NCBI GenBank assembly: GCA_002687025.1
Contig: NYZG01000302.1
Span: forward strand, 1 to 35,706
Length of the DNA stretch: 35,706 bases
Direction: 5' to 3'
From: Candidatus Poribacteria bacterium
GTDB lineage: Bacteria; Poribacteria; WGA-4E; GCA-2687025
Under the pieces are notes generated by a model, which worked only from the letters and a program-made list of their open reading frames with translations, made no database searches and was not told where the DNA came from. The translations under genes and the position numbers were made by a program. Numbering within the stretch: the stretch's first letter is position 1; each line of letters opens with the position of its first letter. Shown piece after piece: positions 26,925 to 35,706 of the stretch.

Positions 26925-27521
26925 ATGGAACGCGTGACGGGCATACTCCCCGCCGGCGGCCGCAGCCGCAGGATGGGGGCCGACAAGGCCCTGATCGACC
27001 TGGCCGGCGAGAGCGTCGTCTCGCGTATCCTCCGCCAGCTCCGCGAATGCGCCCACGAAACGTACATCATCGGCGACCGACCCGAACGCTTCACCGACCT
27101 CGGCGCGCCCGTCTTGTCGGACGACATCCCCGGCTTGGGAGTCATCGGCGGCATCGCGACAGGTCTCCGCGCGGCGGAAGAGGGTATCGTAGTGTGTGTC
27201 GCCTGCGACATGCCGTTCGTGAACGCCGAACTCATGCGCCATCTCGTGGGCGCGGTCGGAGCGGCCGATGGCGCGATCATTCGGACGCCGCACGGGTACG
27301 AGCCGCTCTGCGCAGTCTACCGCACTGACATCCTCCCGGCCGTGAAGGCCATGATACGGGAGGGCGACCTGGCCGCGCAGGCAATCGCCCGACGTATGGA
27401 CCTGACGACCGTAGAAGAAGCGGACCTCGCGGCCTCGGGGCTGGACGCCCGACGCCTGTTCAACATGAACACCCCAGACGACCTCGACGAGGCCCGCGAA
27501 CTCGCGCTGATTTTGGGATAG
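26925..27521 (+). CDS. mobA: Molybdenum cofactor guanylyltransferase
   Basis: 'AGGRSRRMGADKAL', 'VACDMPFV', 'YEPLCAVY', 'FNMNTPDDL'. Confidence 0.92.
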   Translation: MERVTGILPAGGRSRRMGADKALIDLAGESVVSRILRQLRECAHETYIIGDRPERFTDLGAPVLSDDIPGLGVIGGIATGLRAAEEGIVVCVACDMPFVNAELMRHLVGAVGAADGAIIRTPHGYEPLCAVYRTDILPAVKAMIREGDLAAQAIARRMDLTTVEEADLAASGLDARRLFNMNTPDDLDEARELALILG

Positions 27522-27529
27522 GAAACAGT

Positions 27530-28759
27530 ATGGCGGACATGCTCAGCGTCGCGGAGGCGAGCGCTCGGATGCTCGCGACCATCACGACCGCTCGCGCAGA
27601 ACGGGCGCCGGTGCTCGAATGCCTCGGACGCGTCCTCGCCGAGGACGCCGCAGCGACCGAGGACAACCCACCGTTCGACAACTCCGCGATGGACGGTTTC
27701 GCCGTGCGAGCAGCGGACCTCGCCGACGCGAGCGAACAGAACGCCGTCACACTGCCCGTGATTGAGGACATCCCCGCCGGGATCGCCCCGACGCAGGTCG
27801 TGCGCGCGGGCGCCGTCTCCCGCATTATGACCGGCGCCATGCTGCCCGAAGGCGCCGACGCGGTCGTGATGGTCGAGAGCACGCGGCCCGATGGCGACAA
27901 CGTCGCGATTACGGAGGCGCCGCGCCTAAGACAACACATCCGACCCGCGGGCGAGAGCGTTCGCGTGGGCGATGTCGTCCTGCGGGCCGGCACGATGATC
28001 CAACCGGCGGAGATGGCGATGCTGGCGTCCCTCAACATCCCCGAGCCGTCGGTGTACCGGCGTCCACGAGTGGCCGTCATCTCGACCGGCGACGAGCTGA
28101 CGCCGCCCGGCGCCCCGCTAGAGCCGGGCAAGATACGCGACAGCAACCGGTACGGGCTCTACGGCCAGATAATCGAAGCAGGGGCCGAGCCGGTCGACCT
28201 CGGCATAGTCTCCGACGACGCGGCAGACGTTGAGGATCGCCTGCGCCGCGCCGTCGAGGAAGCCGACGCACTGGTCACCAGCGGAGGCGTCAGCGTCGGC
28301 GACTACGACGTCGTTAAGGACGTGCTGCTCAAACTCGGCACGCTCGACTTCTGGCGCGTGGCCATGAAGCCCGGTAAGCCGCAGGCGTTTGGGCAGATCG
28401 AGGGGAGACCCGTCTTCGCCCTCCCCGGCAACCCGGTGTCGTCTATGGTGGTGTTCGAGCTGTTCGCGCGGCCCGCGCTGCTGAAGATGGGCGGCCATGC
28501 GCGAGTGCGCCGACAGATGGTCCGCGCGCTGATGGACGAGGAGATCGCCAACGACGCGCGTGGTCGCGCGAACTACATGCGCGTTACACTGGAGCGGCGA
28601 GATGGCCGACTTCACGCGCGAACCACCGGCACCCAGGGCTCCGGCGTGCTGAGGTCGCTCGTGCTCGCGGACGGGCTGGCGGTCATAGGCGACGACGGCG
28701 TCCCGGTCGGCGGCGAGGTGGACGTAATCCTCACGTCCGCGGCCCCACGATCCTCCTAG
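27530..28759 (+). CDS. moeA: Molybdopterin molybdenumtransferase MoeA (gephyrin-like)
   Basis: 'PPFDNSAMDGFAV', 'IMTGAMLPEGADAVVMVE', 'STGDEL', 'SGGVSVGDYD', 'MKPGKP', 'LPGNPVS'. Confidence 0.96.
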   Translation: MADMLSVAEASARMLATITTARAERAPVLECLGRVLAEDAAATEDNPPFDNSAMDGFAVRAADLADASEQNAVTLPVIEDIPAGIAPTQVVRAGAVSRIMTGAMLPEGADAVVMVESTRPDGDNVAITEAPRLRQHIRPAGESVRVGDVVLRAGTMIQPAEMAMLASLNIPEPSVYRRPRVAVISTGDELTPPGAPLEPGKIRDSNRYGLYGQIIEAGAEPVDLGIVSDDAADVEDRLRRAVEEADALVTSGGVSVGDYDVVKDVLLKLGTLDFWRVAMKPGKPQAFGQIEGRPVFALPGNPVSSMVVFELFARPALLKMGGHARVRRQMVRALMDEEIANDARGRANYMRVTLERRDGRLHARTTGTQGSGVLRSLVLADGLAVIGDDGVPVGGEVDVILTSAAPRSS

Positions 28760-28790
28760 AACGCGGCAGCTCTGGACGAGAGGCACATCG

Positions 28791-29807
28791 ATGGACCGAC
28801 GCACCTTCATACGGGTATCCGCGATCAGCGCCGCGGGTATCTGGCTGCCGGTCAAGGACGGCAAGGCGGCCCCGTCTGAGCAGGCCGCTTCCGCCGAGCC
28901 CCGTGACGACGTAAAGCCGTCATCCTGGCTCACACCGAACGACGAGTTCTACGTCCAGGACATCACGGCGGGCGAGCGGCCCGATGTAGACATCGCCAAG
29001 TGGAAACTCATCGTCAACGGCCTGGTGAAGAGGCCGAAGCTGATAAAGTACGACGACATCCTCGCGGCCCCGTCGGTGACGACGGATCGCGCCCTCGCGT
29101 GTATCGGCGACCCGGTCGGCGGCGAACAGATCGGCAACGCCGTGTGGAAAGGCGTGTGGGTCAGCACGCTGTTGGAGGCGCCACAGGTGCGCGACCAGGC
29201 GACGCGCGTCGTCTTCAAGTCCGCCGACGGCTACCAAACGGGCGTTCCGCTGGACGACGCGCTGCACGAAGACGCCGTCCTCGCCTACGAGATGAATGGC
29301 GAGCCCCTGCCGCCCGCGCACGGCTTCCCGCTGCGATTCCTGAATCCCGGCAAGTACGGGCAGAAGTGCCCTAAGTGGGTCATCAACATGGAACTGGTAG
29401 CCAGGGAGTACCTCGGCTACTGGGAAAGCCGCGGCTGGGACGACACGGCGGCCGTTCGAATGGCAACGCGGATCAACGTCCCAGAGGCCGGGGACGCATT
29501 GCCGTCCGGCACGTACCGTATCAGCGGGTCGGCGTACGATGGCGGCAACCACGGTGGCATCGCGCGCGTCGAGGTTAGCGCCGATGGCGGTGACACATGG
29601 GACGCGGCGAGCATCTGGGCCTCGGGATCCGTCGGTTCGTGGTACCTATGGGAGTATGAGTGGACGGTCCCCGACGGCGAGCGCACGGCGAAGATACTTG
29701 CCCGGTCGATCGGCGCGGACGGCGACGTGCAGACGTCGAAGCCCGAGGACGGCCACCCGCGCGGCGCAAGCGGCTACCACACGCTCGAAGTTGAGATCAG
29801 CGCCTAG
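28791..29807 (+). CDS. Tat-exported sulfite-oxidase-family molybdoenzyme (Mo domain plus Ig-like dimerisation domain)
   Basis: Tat motif 'MDRRTFI'; 'LTPNDEFYV', Mo-ligand Cys 'LACIG', 'GNAVWKGV', 'LAYEMNGEPLPPAHGFPLR', 'GKYGQKCPKW', 'RVEVSADGGDTW'. Confidence 0.9.
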   Translation: MDRRTFIRVSAISAAGIWLPVKDGKAAPSEQAASAEPRDDVKPSSWLTPNDEFYVQDITAGERPDVDIAKWKLIVNGLVKRPKLIKYDDILAAPSVTTDRALACIGDPVGGEQIGNAVWKGVWVSTLLEAPQVRDQATRVVFKSADGYQTGVPLDDALHEDAVLAYEMNGEPLPPAHGFPLRFLNPGKYGQKCPKWVINMELVAREYLGYWESRGWDDTAAVRMATRINVPEAGDALPSGTYRISGSAYDGGNHGGIARVEVSADGGDTWDAASIWASGSVGSWYLWEYEWTVPDGERTAKILARSIGADGDVQTSKPEDGHPRGASGYHTLEVEISA

Positions 29808-29833
29808 AAGCATGACAGCGGAGTGAACGGCCG

Positions 29834-30910
29834 ATGAACGAGACGGTGTACGACATCGCTGTGATTGGGGCCGGCCCGGCGGGCGCGCAGGCGGCGATCT
29901 CCGGCAGCCACCAGATGCGCCACGTGCTGGTCCTGGACGCCGGTCGCATCAGTCGGCGCGAGGGACGCGCGTACTGGTCCAAGACCGTCGAGTTCGAGGA
30001 TGTACCCGTATTCAAGGGCATCACCGGGCCGCAATTCAAGAAGTCGCTGCGCGAGTGGATGGAGGCCCGACCTGTCCAGGACGTGGTGATCGCAGGCGAC
30101 AGCCGGAAGTTCGGCATCGACATCCAGAACGCCGTTCTGCTCAACCTGACACGCGGCGAGGACGATGTCTTCCTGCTCGACACGTCCGTCGACAAGCTCG
30201 GCTCCGACGGCGCCCTCCAGGAGACGGCGACGTTCCTAGCGCGCCGCGTGATCGTCGCCGCCGGCTTCGAAGACAAGTGGCCAAACATCGAGATCGACCA
30301 ATCCGTCGAGCGCATGTTCGACCAGTACCGGGTCGTCTTCCGTTACGCGGGGAATCGCCGAGGATGGCACACATGCATCCGCTGTGACGGTCATCTGCAC
30401 GTCGACGAACGGATGGCGTTTTACGGCGTCGGCGACTACATCTACGAGATGGTGGTCGGCGCGCAGGACTTCACGGACAAGCTCACCATCCTCACCGACG
30501 GACGTCCGCACGGGATGTCCGAGAAGGTCTACGCCCAGGCGCAGGCGCAGGGCGTCGAGATCGACGAGCGCAAGATCGCGCGGCACATCGGCGAGAAGAC
30601 CGACCTCCTCGGCTTCGAGATGGAGGACGGCTCCGAGGTGTTCTTCCACGGATGCTTCGTCGACGAAGGGCTCGAACCGAACACGCGCTTCCTCACCGGG
30701 TGGGACACCAGGACCGACGGGGATGGCCTCCTGGCCGTCGATGAGGACGGTCAGGTTCTGGACTCGGCCGGCGAAGCAGTGCCCGGGCTTTACGCCGCGG
30801 GTGACATCGTCGCGGGCGAACGCAAGCTCATCGCAGCGGCCCTCGCGATGGGACAGAACGCCGGTCTCAGCGCCTCCGACTCGCTTCGGGCCTGGAGCTT
30901 CCCACGGTGA
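29834..30910 (+). CDS. Thioredoxin-reductase-like FAD-dependent oxidoreductase
   Basis: 'IAVIGAGPAG', redox motif 'HTCIRCDG', 'VPGLYAAGDI'. Confidence 0.85.
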   Translation: MNETVYDIAVIGAGPAGAQAAISGSHQMRHVLVLDAGRISRREGRAYWSKTVEFEDVPVFKGITGPQFKKSLREWMEARPVQDVVIAGDSRKFGIDIQNAVLLNLTRGEDDVFLLDTSVDKLGSDGALQETATFLARRVIVAAGFEDKWPNIEIDQSVERMFDQYRVVFRYAGNRRGWHTCIRCDGHLHVDERMAFYGVGDYIYEMVVGAQDFTDKLTILTDGRPHGMSEKVYAQAQAQGVEIDERKIARHIGEKTDLLGFEMEDGSEVFFHGCFVDEGLEPNTRFLTGWDTRTDGDGLLAVDEDGQVLDSAGEAVPGLYAAGDIVAGERKLIAAALAMGQNAGLSASDSLRAWSFPR

Positions 30911-31794
30911 GCCGGTGGCCCCATGTAGCGGCCTTGGCCCTCGTCGTCGCGACATCGGCCGTGCAGGCCGACCCGCTCTTCGACCGCGGCGAGGCCCTCG
31001 CGGCGCTCGCAAGCGACCTTGTGGACGCCGAGGACGCCGGCGACGCCGCCGCGGTCGCGGACCTGTTCGCATCCGACGACGACATCGCCTACTACGAGGC
31101 CGCGAACGAACACGTCGGACGCGACGCAGCCCTGGTGGCGTTCGCCGCGCGGCTTGCCGGGCTGCCCAAGGGCTCCCTCGTCGCCACCGCGCCGAGAATA
31201 CTCGTCGAGGCGGCAACCGGCTGGATCGTCGTCGAGTGGGAGTGGGACGGAGACACCGGCCGTCACATAGCGCGGGCCAAACGCGAGGACGGCGTCTGGA
31301 GCCTCGACGCCCTCGACTTCGATGGAGGCAGCGCCGATGCGCCGATCGGCGCCTTCGACGCCTCCGTGGCCGCCGACGCCATCGACGGCCCTGTTCGGAT
31401 GATGGAAAAGGCCGCGACCGCGTTCGCCGAAGGCGATCAAGGCGCGATCGAGTCGCTCATCGTCAAGGAGCGGGACGACTTCCTCTTCATCTCGGACGAT
31501 GGCGTCCGATGGGAGGGAACGGACGGCATCCTCATAGCCGTCGCGGCCGCGGCGTTCGGCCAAGTGCCTGAGGGCATCTCGCGCGAGGCGATGGCGCTGT
31601 TTGTCGGGGCAGGGCTGGGTCGAGCCATTGCGTTCCAGGACATCGACGGCACGCGCGTCTCGCTGCAACTCGAACGCCGAGACGGATGGCGAATCGTCAA
31701 GGCTTCGCTCAGCGCCCCACTCGATGTCCTGCCCGTCTCGCCCACCGGAGGCGTCATCACGACGTGGGCGAATCTGCGGCGCGCCACACGATGA
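30907..31794 (+). CDS. Secreted protein with two NTF2/SnoaL-like domains and Trp-containing C-terminal motif
   Basis: GTGA overlap with the upstream stop; signal peptide ending 'VQA'; 'AGDAAAVADLFASD...GRDA...KREDGVWSL' and 'FAEGDQGAIESL...LERRDGWRIV'; tail 'PVSPTGGVITTWANLRRATR*'. Confidence 0.7.
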   Translation: MSRWPHVAALALVVATSAVQADPLFDRGEALAALASDLVDAEDAGDAAAVADLFASDDDIAYYEAANEHVGRDAALVAFAARLAGLPKGSLVATAPRILVEAATGWIVVEWEWDGDTGRHIARAKREDGVWSLDALDFDGGSADAPIGAFDASVAADAIDGPVRMMEKAATAFAEGDQGAIESLIVKERDDFLFISDDGVRWEGTDGILIAVAAAAFGQVPEGISREAMALFVGAGLGRAIAFQDIDGTRVSLQLERRDGWRIVKASLSAPLDVLPVSPTGGVITTWANLRRATR

Positions 31795-32086
31795 TATTGC
31801 CGCTCGAAAGCCACCCGGCCGAAACGGCCTGCGCCGTACGCGCGTAGAGAGTAATTGCGCGGAATCTCGCAGGCGTCTTGACGACTCGCTACAACGTCCC
31901 ATGTCCTGCTCGTGGGTACGGTGGTATTCTTGAGGCGATGCCGGGCGCTCGCCCGGCGTGTGTGGTTCACCACCTCACGACTCGCGCCCCAGAGCGCGCT
32001 AGGCGCCGAACGCATCCACCTCGCCCCGTTCCAGGATGGGTTGCGTCACAGGAATCTACGTATCCGTGTCTTCGTGAAAGAGACCC

Positions 32087-35000
32087 ATGAACGACCCTGA
32101 TCGAACGCCACCGGAGCATTCCGCCCCGGCATTCGAGACCATCACCGTCAGGGGCGCGCGCGAGCACAACCTCCAGAACATCCAGCTCGAGCTACCCAAG
32201 AACCACCTCATCTGCTTCACGGGCGTCAGTGGCTCCGGCAAGTCCTCGCTCGCCTTCGACACGCTCTACGCCGAGGGACAGCGGCGGTATATCGAGTCGC
32301 TCTCGGCCTATGCCAGGCAGTTTCTGGGGCAGATGCAGAAGCCGGACGTGGACTTCATCGGCGGGCTGTCCCCGACGATTTCCATCGACCAGAAATCCAC
32401 CGGCTACAACCCGCGCTCGACCGTCGCCACGATCACCGAGATATACGACTATCTGCGTCTGCTCTTCGCCCGCGTCGGGACCATGTTCTGCCTGGAATGC
32501 GGCACGGAAGTGGGCGCGCAGACCCGTGATGAGATCGTCGACCAGTTGCTCGCCCTCCCCGAAGGGCAGCGGCTGCAGCTGCTTGCTCCCGTGGTGCGCG
32601 GCCGCAAGGGCGAGTACCGCGAGGAGCTCGAGGACGCCCTCAAGGCCGGCTTCGCCCGCGCCCGTGTCGACGGCCAGTTGCACGAACTCACCGAGACGAT
32701 CCACCTCGACCGGCAGTTGCGCCACGACATCGAAATAGTCGTCGACCGCATCGTCATCAAGGACGGCATCCGCGACCGGATCGCGGAATCCGTCGAGACG
32801 GCGGTCAAGCTCTCCGGCGGGCTCATCATCGCCGACACGATGGACGGCGAGGAGCTGCTGTTTAGCCAGCATTACTCGTGCCCGGACTGCGCCGCTAGCT
32901 ACGAGGAACCGTCGCCCCAGCTGTTCTCGTTCAACAGTCCCAAGGGCGCCTGCCCGGAATGCAACGGTATTGGCGGCACGACGCAGGGATCGCTGGCCAA
33001 GGTCGTCCCGGACACCAGCAAATCGATCCGCGAAGGCGCCATCGCCACGTGGGGAGAGCTCAAAGACTACAATCCGATGGCCGAGGCGGTGGCGGCGCGT
33101 CTGAAGTTCTCGCTCGACACGCCGTGGAAGGATCTGACGAAGAAGGTCCGCGAGAAGCTCATGGACGGCTTGGGCGACAAGCGCATACCCGTAACGGTCT
33201 ATCGCGACGGCAAGGCCCGTCAGCGGCGGTGGCGCTTCGGCGGAGTGCTCCGCAGCATCGAACACCGATGGCGGGAGACGAGCTCCGAGGGCGTGCGTCG
33301 CCACTACGCGAAGTACATGGACACGCTCAAGTGCCCCGACTGCGAGGGCACGCGTCTGCGTCGTGAGGCGCACGCAGTCAAGGTCGCGGACAGGACCATC
33401 TTCGACGTCACCGGCATGAGCGTCGGCGACGCGCAGGAGTTCTTCGAGTCCATCGACTTGACGCCGCGCCAGGCGACCATCGCCGAGCAGGTGCTCAAGG
33501 AGGTGCGCGCGCGCCTTTGGTTCCTACGTAACGTCGGTCTGCACTACCTCTCGCTCGGCCGCACCGCGCCGACGCTCTCGGGTGGCGAGTCCCAACGCAT
33601 CCGGCTGGCAAGCCAAATCGGGACCGGCCTCGTGGGCGTGGTCTACATCCTCGACGAGCCCAGCATCGGCCTCCACGCGCGGGACAACAAGAAACTACTC
33701 GACACGCTCAAGCATCTGCGCGACATCGGCAACACGATCATCATCGTCGAGCACGACGAAGAGACGATGCGCGAGTCCGACTACATCGTGGACTTCGGTC
33801 CAGGGGCGGGGATTCAGGGCGGAGAGGGCGTCGTCTCCGGCGCTCCCGGCAAGGTAATGAGCGAGGCGGCGTCCATCACGGGGCGGTACCTGTCGCACGA
33901 GCTGCAGATACCCATTCCCGACGAGCGCCGCGCGCCCAACGGCAGTTGGTTGGCGGTGAAGGGCGCGCGGCAGAACAACCTCAAGGGCCTCGATGTAGAC
34001 ATCCCGATCGGTCTGTTTACGTGCGTGACCGGCGTGTCCGGCTCCGGTAAGTCCTCGCTTGTCAACGACATCGTCTGCAAAGCCCTCGCGCGCGACCTCA
34101 TGCGCGCCGAGGAGGCGCCGGGAGCCCACGACGCGATCGAGGGCATCGAGCATCTCAACAAGATCATCACGATCGACCAGTCGCCGATCGGACGCACGCC
34201 ACGCTCGAATCCCGCGACGTACGTGAAAGTCTGGGACCAGGTCCGCGAGCTGTACTCCCAGATGCCGGAGTCCCGCGTCCGCGGCTACAAGCCCGGCAGG
34301 TTCAGCTTCAACGTGAAGGCCGGCCGGTGCGAAGCATGCCAGGGACATGGGTACAAGAAGGTCGAGATGCAGTTGCTCGCCGACGTCTGGGTGAAGTGCG
34401 AGGTCTGCAACGGCACGCGCTTCAACGACGAGACGCTCGACATCCGCTACAAGGGCAAGAGCATCGCCGACGCCCTCGACATGGACATCTCGCAGGCGCT
34501 CGAACACTTCGGGGACATACCCAAGATCGCCCGCAAGCTGAAGACACTCCACGATGTCGGGCTCGATTACATCAAGCTCGGGCAGCCTGCGCCGACGCTC
34601 TCCGGCGGCGAGGCGCAACGCGTGAAGCTCTCCAAGGAGCTCAGCCGCGTCGCCACGGGTCAGACGCTGTACGTGCTCGACGAACCGACGACGGGCCTGC
34701 ACTTCGAGGACGTGCGCAAGCTGCTTGAGGTTCTGCACGAGCTCGCGGATCGCGGCAACACGGTCGTCGTGATCGAGCACAACATGGAGGTCATCAAGAC
34801 CGCCGACCACATCATCGACCTCGGCCCCGAGGGCGGCGAAGAGGGTGGCTACCTGATCGGCGTCGGAGCGCCGGAGGTGATCGCGCAGACGGACTCCCCC
34901 GACGAAGAGCCGGCGACGGAGACCGGCCGGTTCCTTCGCGCGGCCCTACGCGCGGCGACGGCGGGCGGCCCCGAACCCCTCGACGACGCGGCCCTGCCGC

Positions 35001-35706
35001 CACGCGGCAAGGCGATGGACACCATCAGCGTGCGCGGGGCGACCGAGCACAACCTCAAGTCCATCGACGTGGACATCCCGCAGCGAGAGATGGTCGCCTT
35101 CACCGGAGTCTCGGGGTCCGGCAAGACATCGCTCGCCCTGGACACGATCTACGCCGAGGGACAACGCCGCTACGTCGAGTCGCTGTCGGCGTACGCGCGG
35201 CAGTTCTTGGGGCGCGTCGAGAAGCCCCACGTCGAGCACATTGAGGGGCTCTCACCGGCGATCGCCATCGACCAGAAGGCGCCCAGCAAGAGCCCCCGCT
35301 CCACCGTCGGCACCGTCACGGAGATATACGACTACCTGCGCATACTCTACGCTCGAGCGGGAACGGCGCACTGCCCGACCTGTCACGAGCCGGTCGGCAG
35401 CCAGACGTCCCAGCAGGTCGTCGATAGCATCTTCCAGCTTCCTCCCGAGAGCCGCCTACACGTGCTCGCGCCGGTCGTCCTGGTGCGGGGCGAGGAGTAC
35501 GAGGAGCAGTTCGAGCGCGCGCGCAGATCCGGCTTCGCCCGCGTGTGGGTGAACGGCGAAGTCCGGGAACTCGACGAGAAGATTGAGCTCGACCGGCGCA
35601 TCAAGCACGATGTCGCCATCGTCGCCGACCGCCTGATCCTGCGGGAGGACGACCGCTCCAGGCTCGCGGAGGCCGTCGAGGTCGCGCTCCGCGAGGGCAA
35701 GGGCGT
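32087..35706 (+). CDS. uvrA: Excinuclease ABC subunit A, double-length (two fused UvrA units), 3'-truncated by the window edge
   Basis: Absent from the ORF track, consistent with no stop before the edge. Reads 'ITVRGAREHNL...FTGVSGSGKSSLAFDTLYAEGQRRY', 'LSGGESQRIRLA', 'TGVSGSGKSSL', 'LSGGEAQRVKL', 'IIDLGPEGG', then an in-frame linker and a second unit from 35015 'MDTISVRGATEHNLK...FTGVSGSGKTSLALDTIYAEGQRRY'. Confidence 0.95.
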   Translation, partial: MNDPDRTPPEHSAPAFETITVRGAREHNLQNIQLELPKNHLICFTGVSGSGKSSLAFDTLYAEGQRRYIESLSAYARQFLGQMQKPDVDFIGGLSPTISIDQKSTGYNPRSTVATITEIYDYLRLLFARVGTMFCLECGTEVGAQTRDEIVDQLLALPEGQRLQLLAPVVRGRKGEYREELEDALKAGFARARVDGQLHELTETIHLDRQLRHDIEIVVDRIVIKDGIRDRIAESVETAVKLSGGLIIADTMDGEELLFSQHYSCPDCAASYEEPSPQLFSFNSPKGACPECNGIGGTTQGSLAKVVPDTSKSIREGAIATWGELKDYNPMAEAVAARLKFSLDTPWKDLTKKVREKLMDGLGDKRIPVTVYRDGKARQRRWRFGGVLRSIEHRWRETSSEGVRRHYAKYMDTLKCPDCEGTRLRREAHAVKVADRTIFDVTGMSVGDAQEFFESIDLTPRQATIAEQVLKEVRARLWFLRNVGLHYLSLGRTAPTLSGGESQRIRLASQIGTGLVGVVYILDEPSIGLHARDNKKLLDTLKHLRDIGNTIIIVEHDEETMRESDYIVDFGPGAGIQGGEGVVSGAPGKVMSEAASITGRYLSHELQIPIPDERRAPNGSWLAVKGARQNNLKGLDVDIPIGLFTCVTGVSGSGKSSLVNDIVCKALARDLMRAEEAPGAHDAIEGIEHLNKIITIDQSPIGRTPRSNPATYVKVWDQVRELYSQMPESRVRGYKPGRFSFNVKAGRCEACQGHGYKKVEMQLLADVWVKCEVCNGTRFNDETLDIRYKGKSIADALDMDISQALEHFGDIPKIARKLKTLHDVGLDYIKLGQPAPTLSGGEAQRVKLSKELSRVATGQTLYVLDEPTTGLHFEDVRKLLEVLHELADRGNTVVVIEHNMEVIKTADHIIDLGPEGGEEGGYLIGVGAPEVIAQTDSPDEEPATETGRFLRAALRAATAGGPEPLDDAALPPRGKAMDTISVRGATEHNLKSIDVDIPQREMVAFTGVSGSGKTSLALDTIYAEGQRRYVESLSAYARQFLGRVEKPHVEHIEGLSPAIAIDQKAPSKSPRSTVGTVTEIYDYLRILYARAGTAHCPTCHEPVGSQTSQQVVDSIFQLPPESRLHVLAPVVLVRGEEYEEQFERARRSGFARVWVNGEVRELDEKIELDRRIKHDVAIVADRLILREDDRSRLAEAVEVALREGKG

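Noticed and set aside
32192-35700. ORF-track entries in the uvrA region (e.g. 32192-33373 minus, 33695-34810 minus)
   Set aside because: Antisense or alternate-frame shadows of the uvrA frame that starts at 32087.

Overview
High-GC bacterial chromosomal window, most likely from a Candidatus Poribacteria-like organism. This is an inference from the secreted LamG proteins with a '[AP]V[DS]xxxKxxxxW[GA]x[LI][KR]' tail, a dockerin-like lipoprotein, an extended ECF sigma factor and a double-length UvrA. Order of content: an accessory-looking segment (1-6.3 kb: LamG protein, frameshifted DUF1080-like secreted protein, PD40/TolB-like lipoprotein, ECF sigma fusion, APH-family kinase); an icd-sdhA-sdhB-CCG(HdrB-like)-trxB operon (type-E-like succinate dehydrogenase); HEAT and dockerin lipoproteins; an XRE-HTH/TPR regulator; Gfo/Idh/MocA; trxA; tRNA-Glu(UUC); a sugar-acid-type catabolic cluster; an ankyrin protein; GNAT; LamG; tandem ThyX; a mobA-moeA-sulfite-oxidase-family-TrxB-like operon; an NTF2-like secreted protein; and a tandem UvrA that runs off the end. 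Main observations: (i) a pseudoknotted, SD-sequestering RNA leader on the ankyrin gene, whose protein starts with a small helical 'LEHLKKEAK...LADAQHVLALEYGF..W' domain; (ii) one register-exact C-terminal motif on four proteins with three different folds, a candidate sorting signal; (iii) a 66-bp hairpin-containing direct repeat bracketing the TolB-like/ECF pair; (iv) a ~120-nt rod-like hairpin downstream of trxA. No CRISPR array, transposase or integrase was seen. All calls were made by eye, without database searches.
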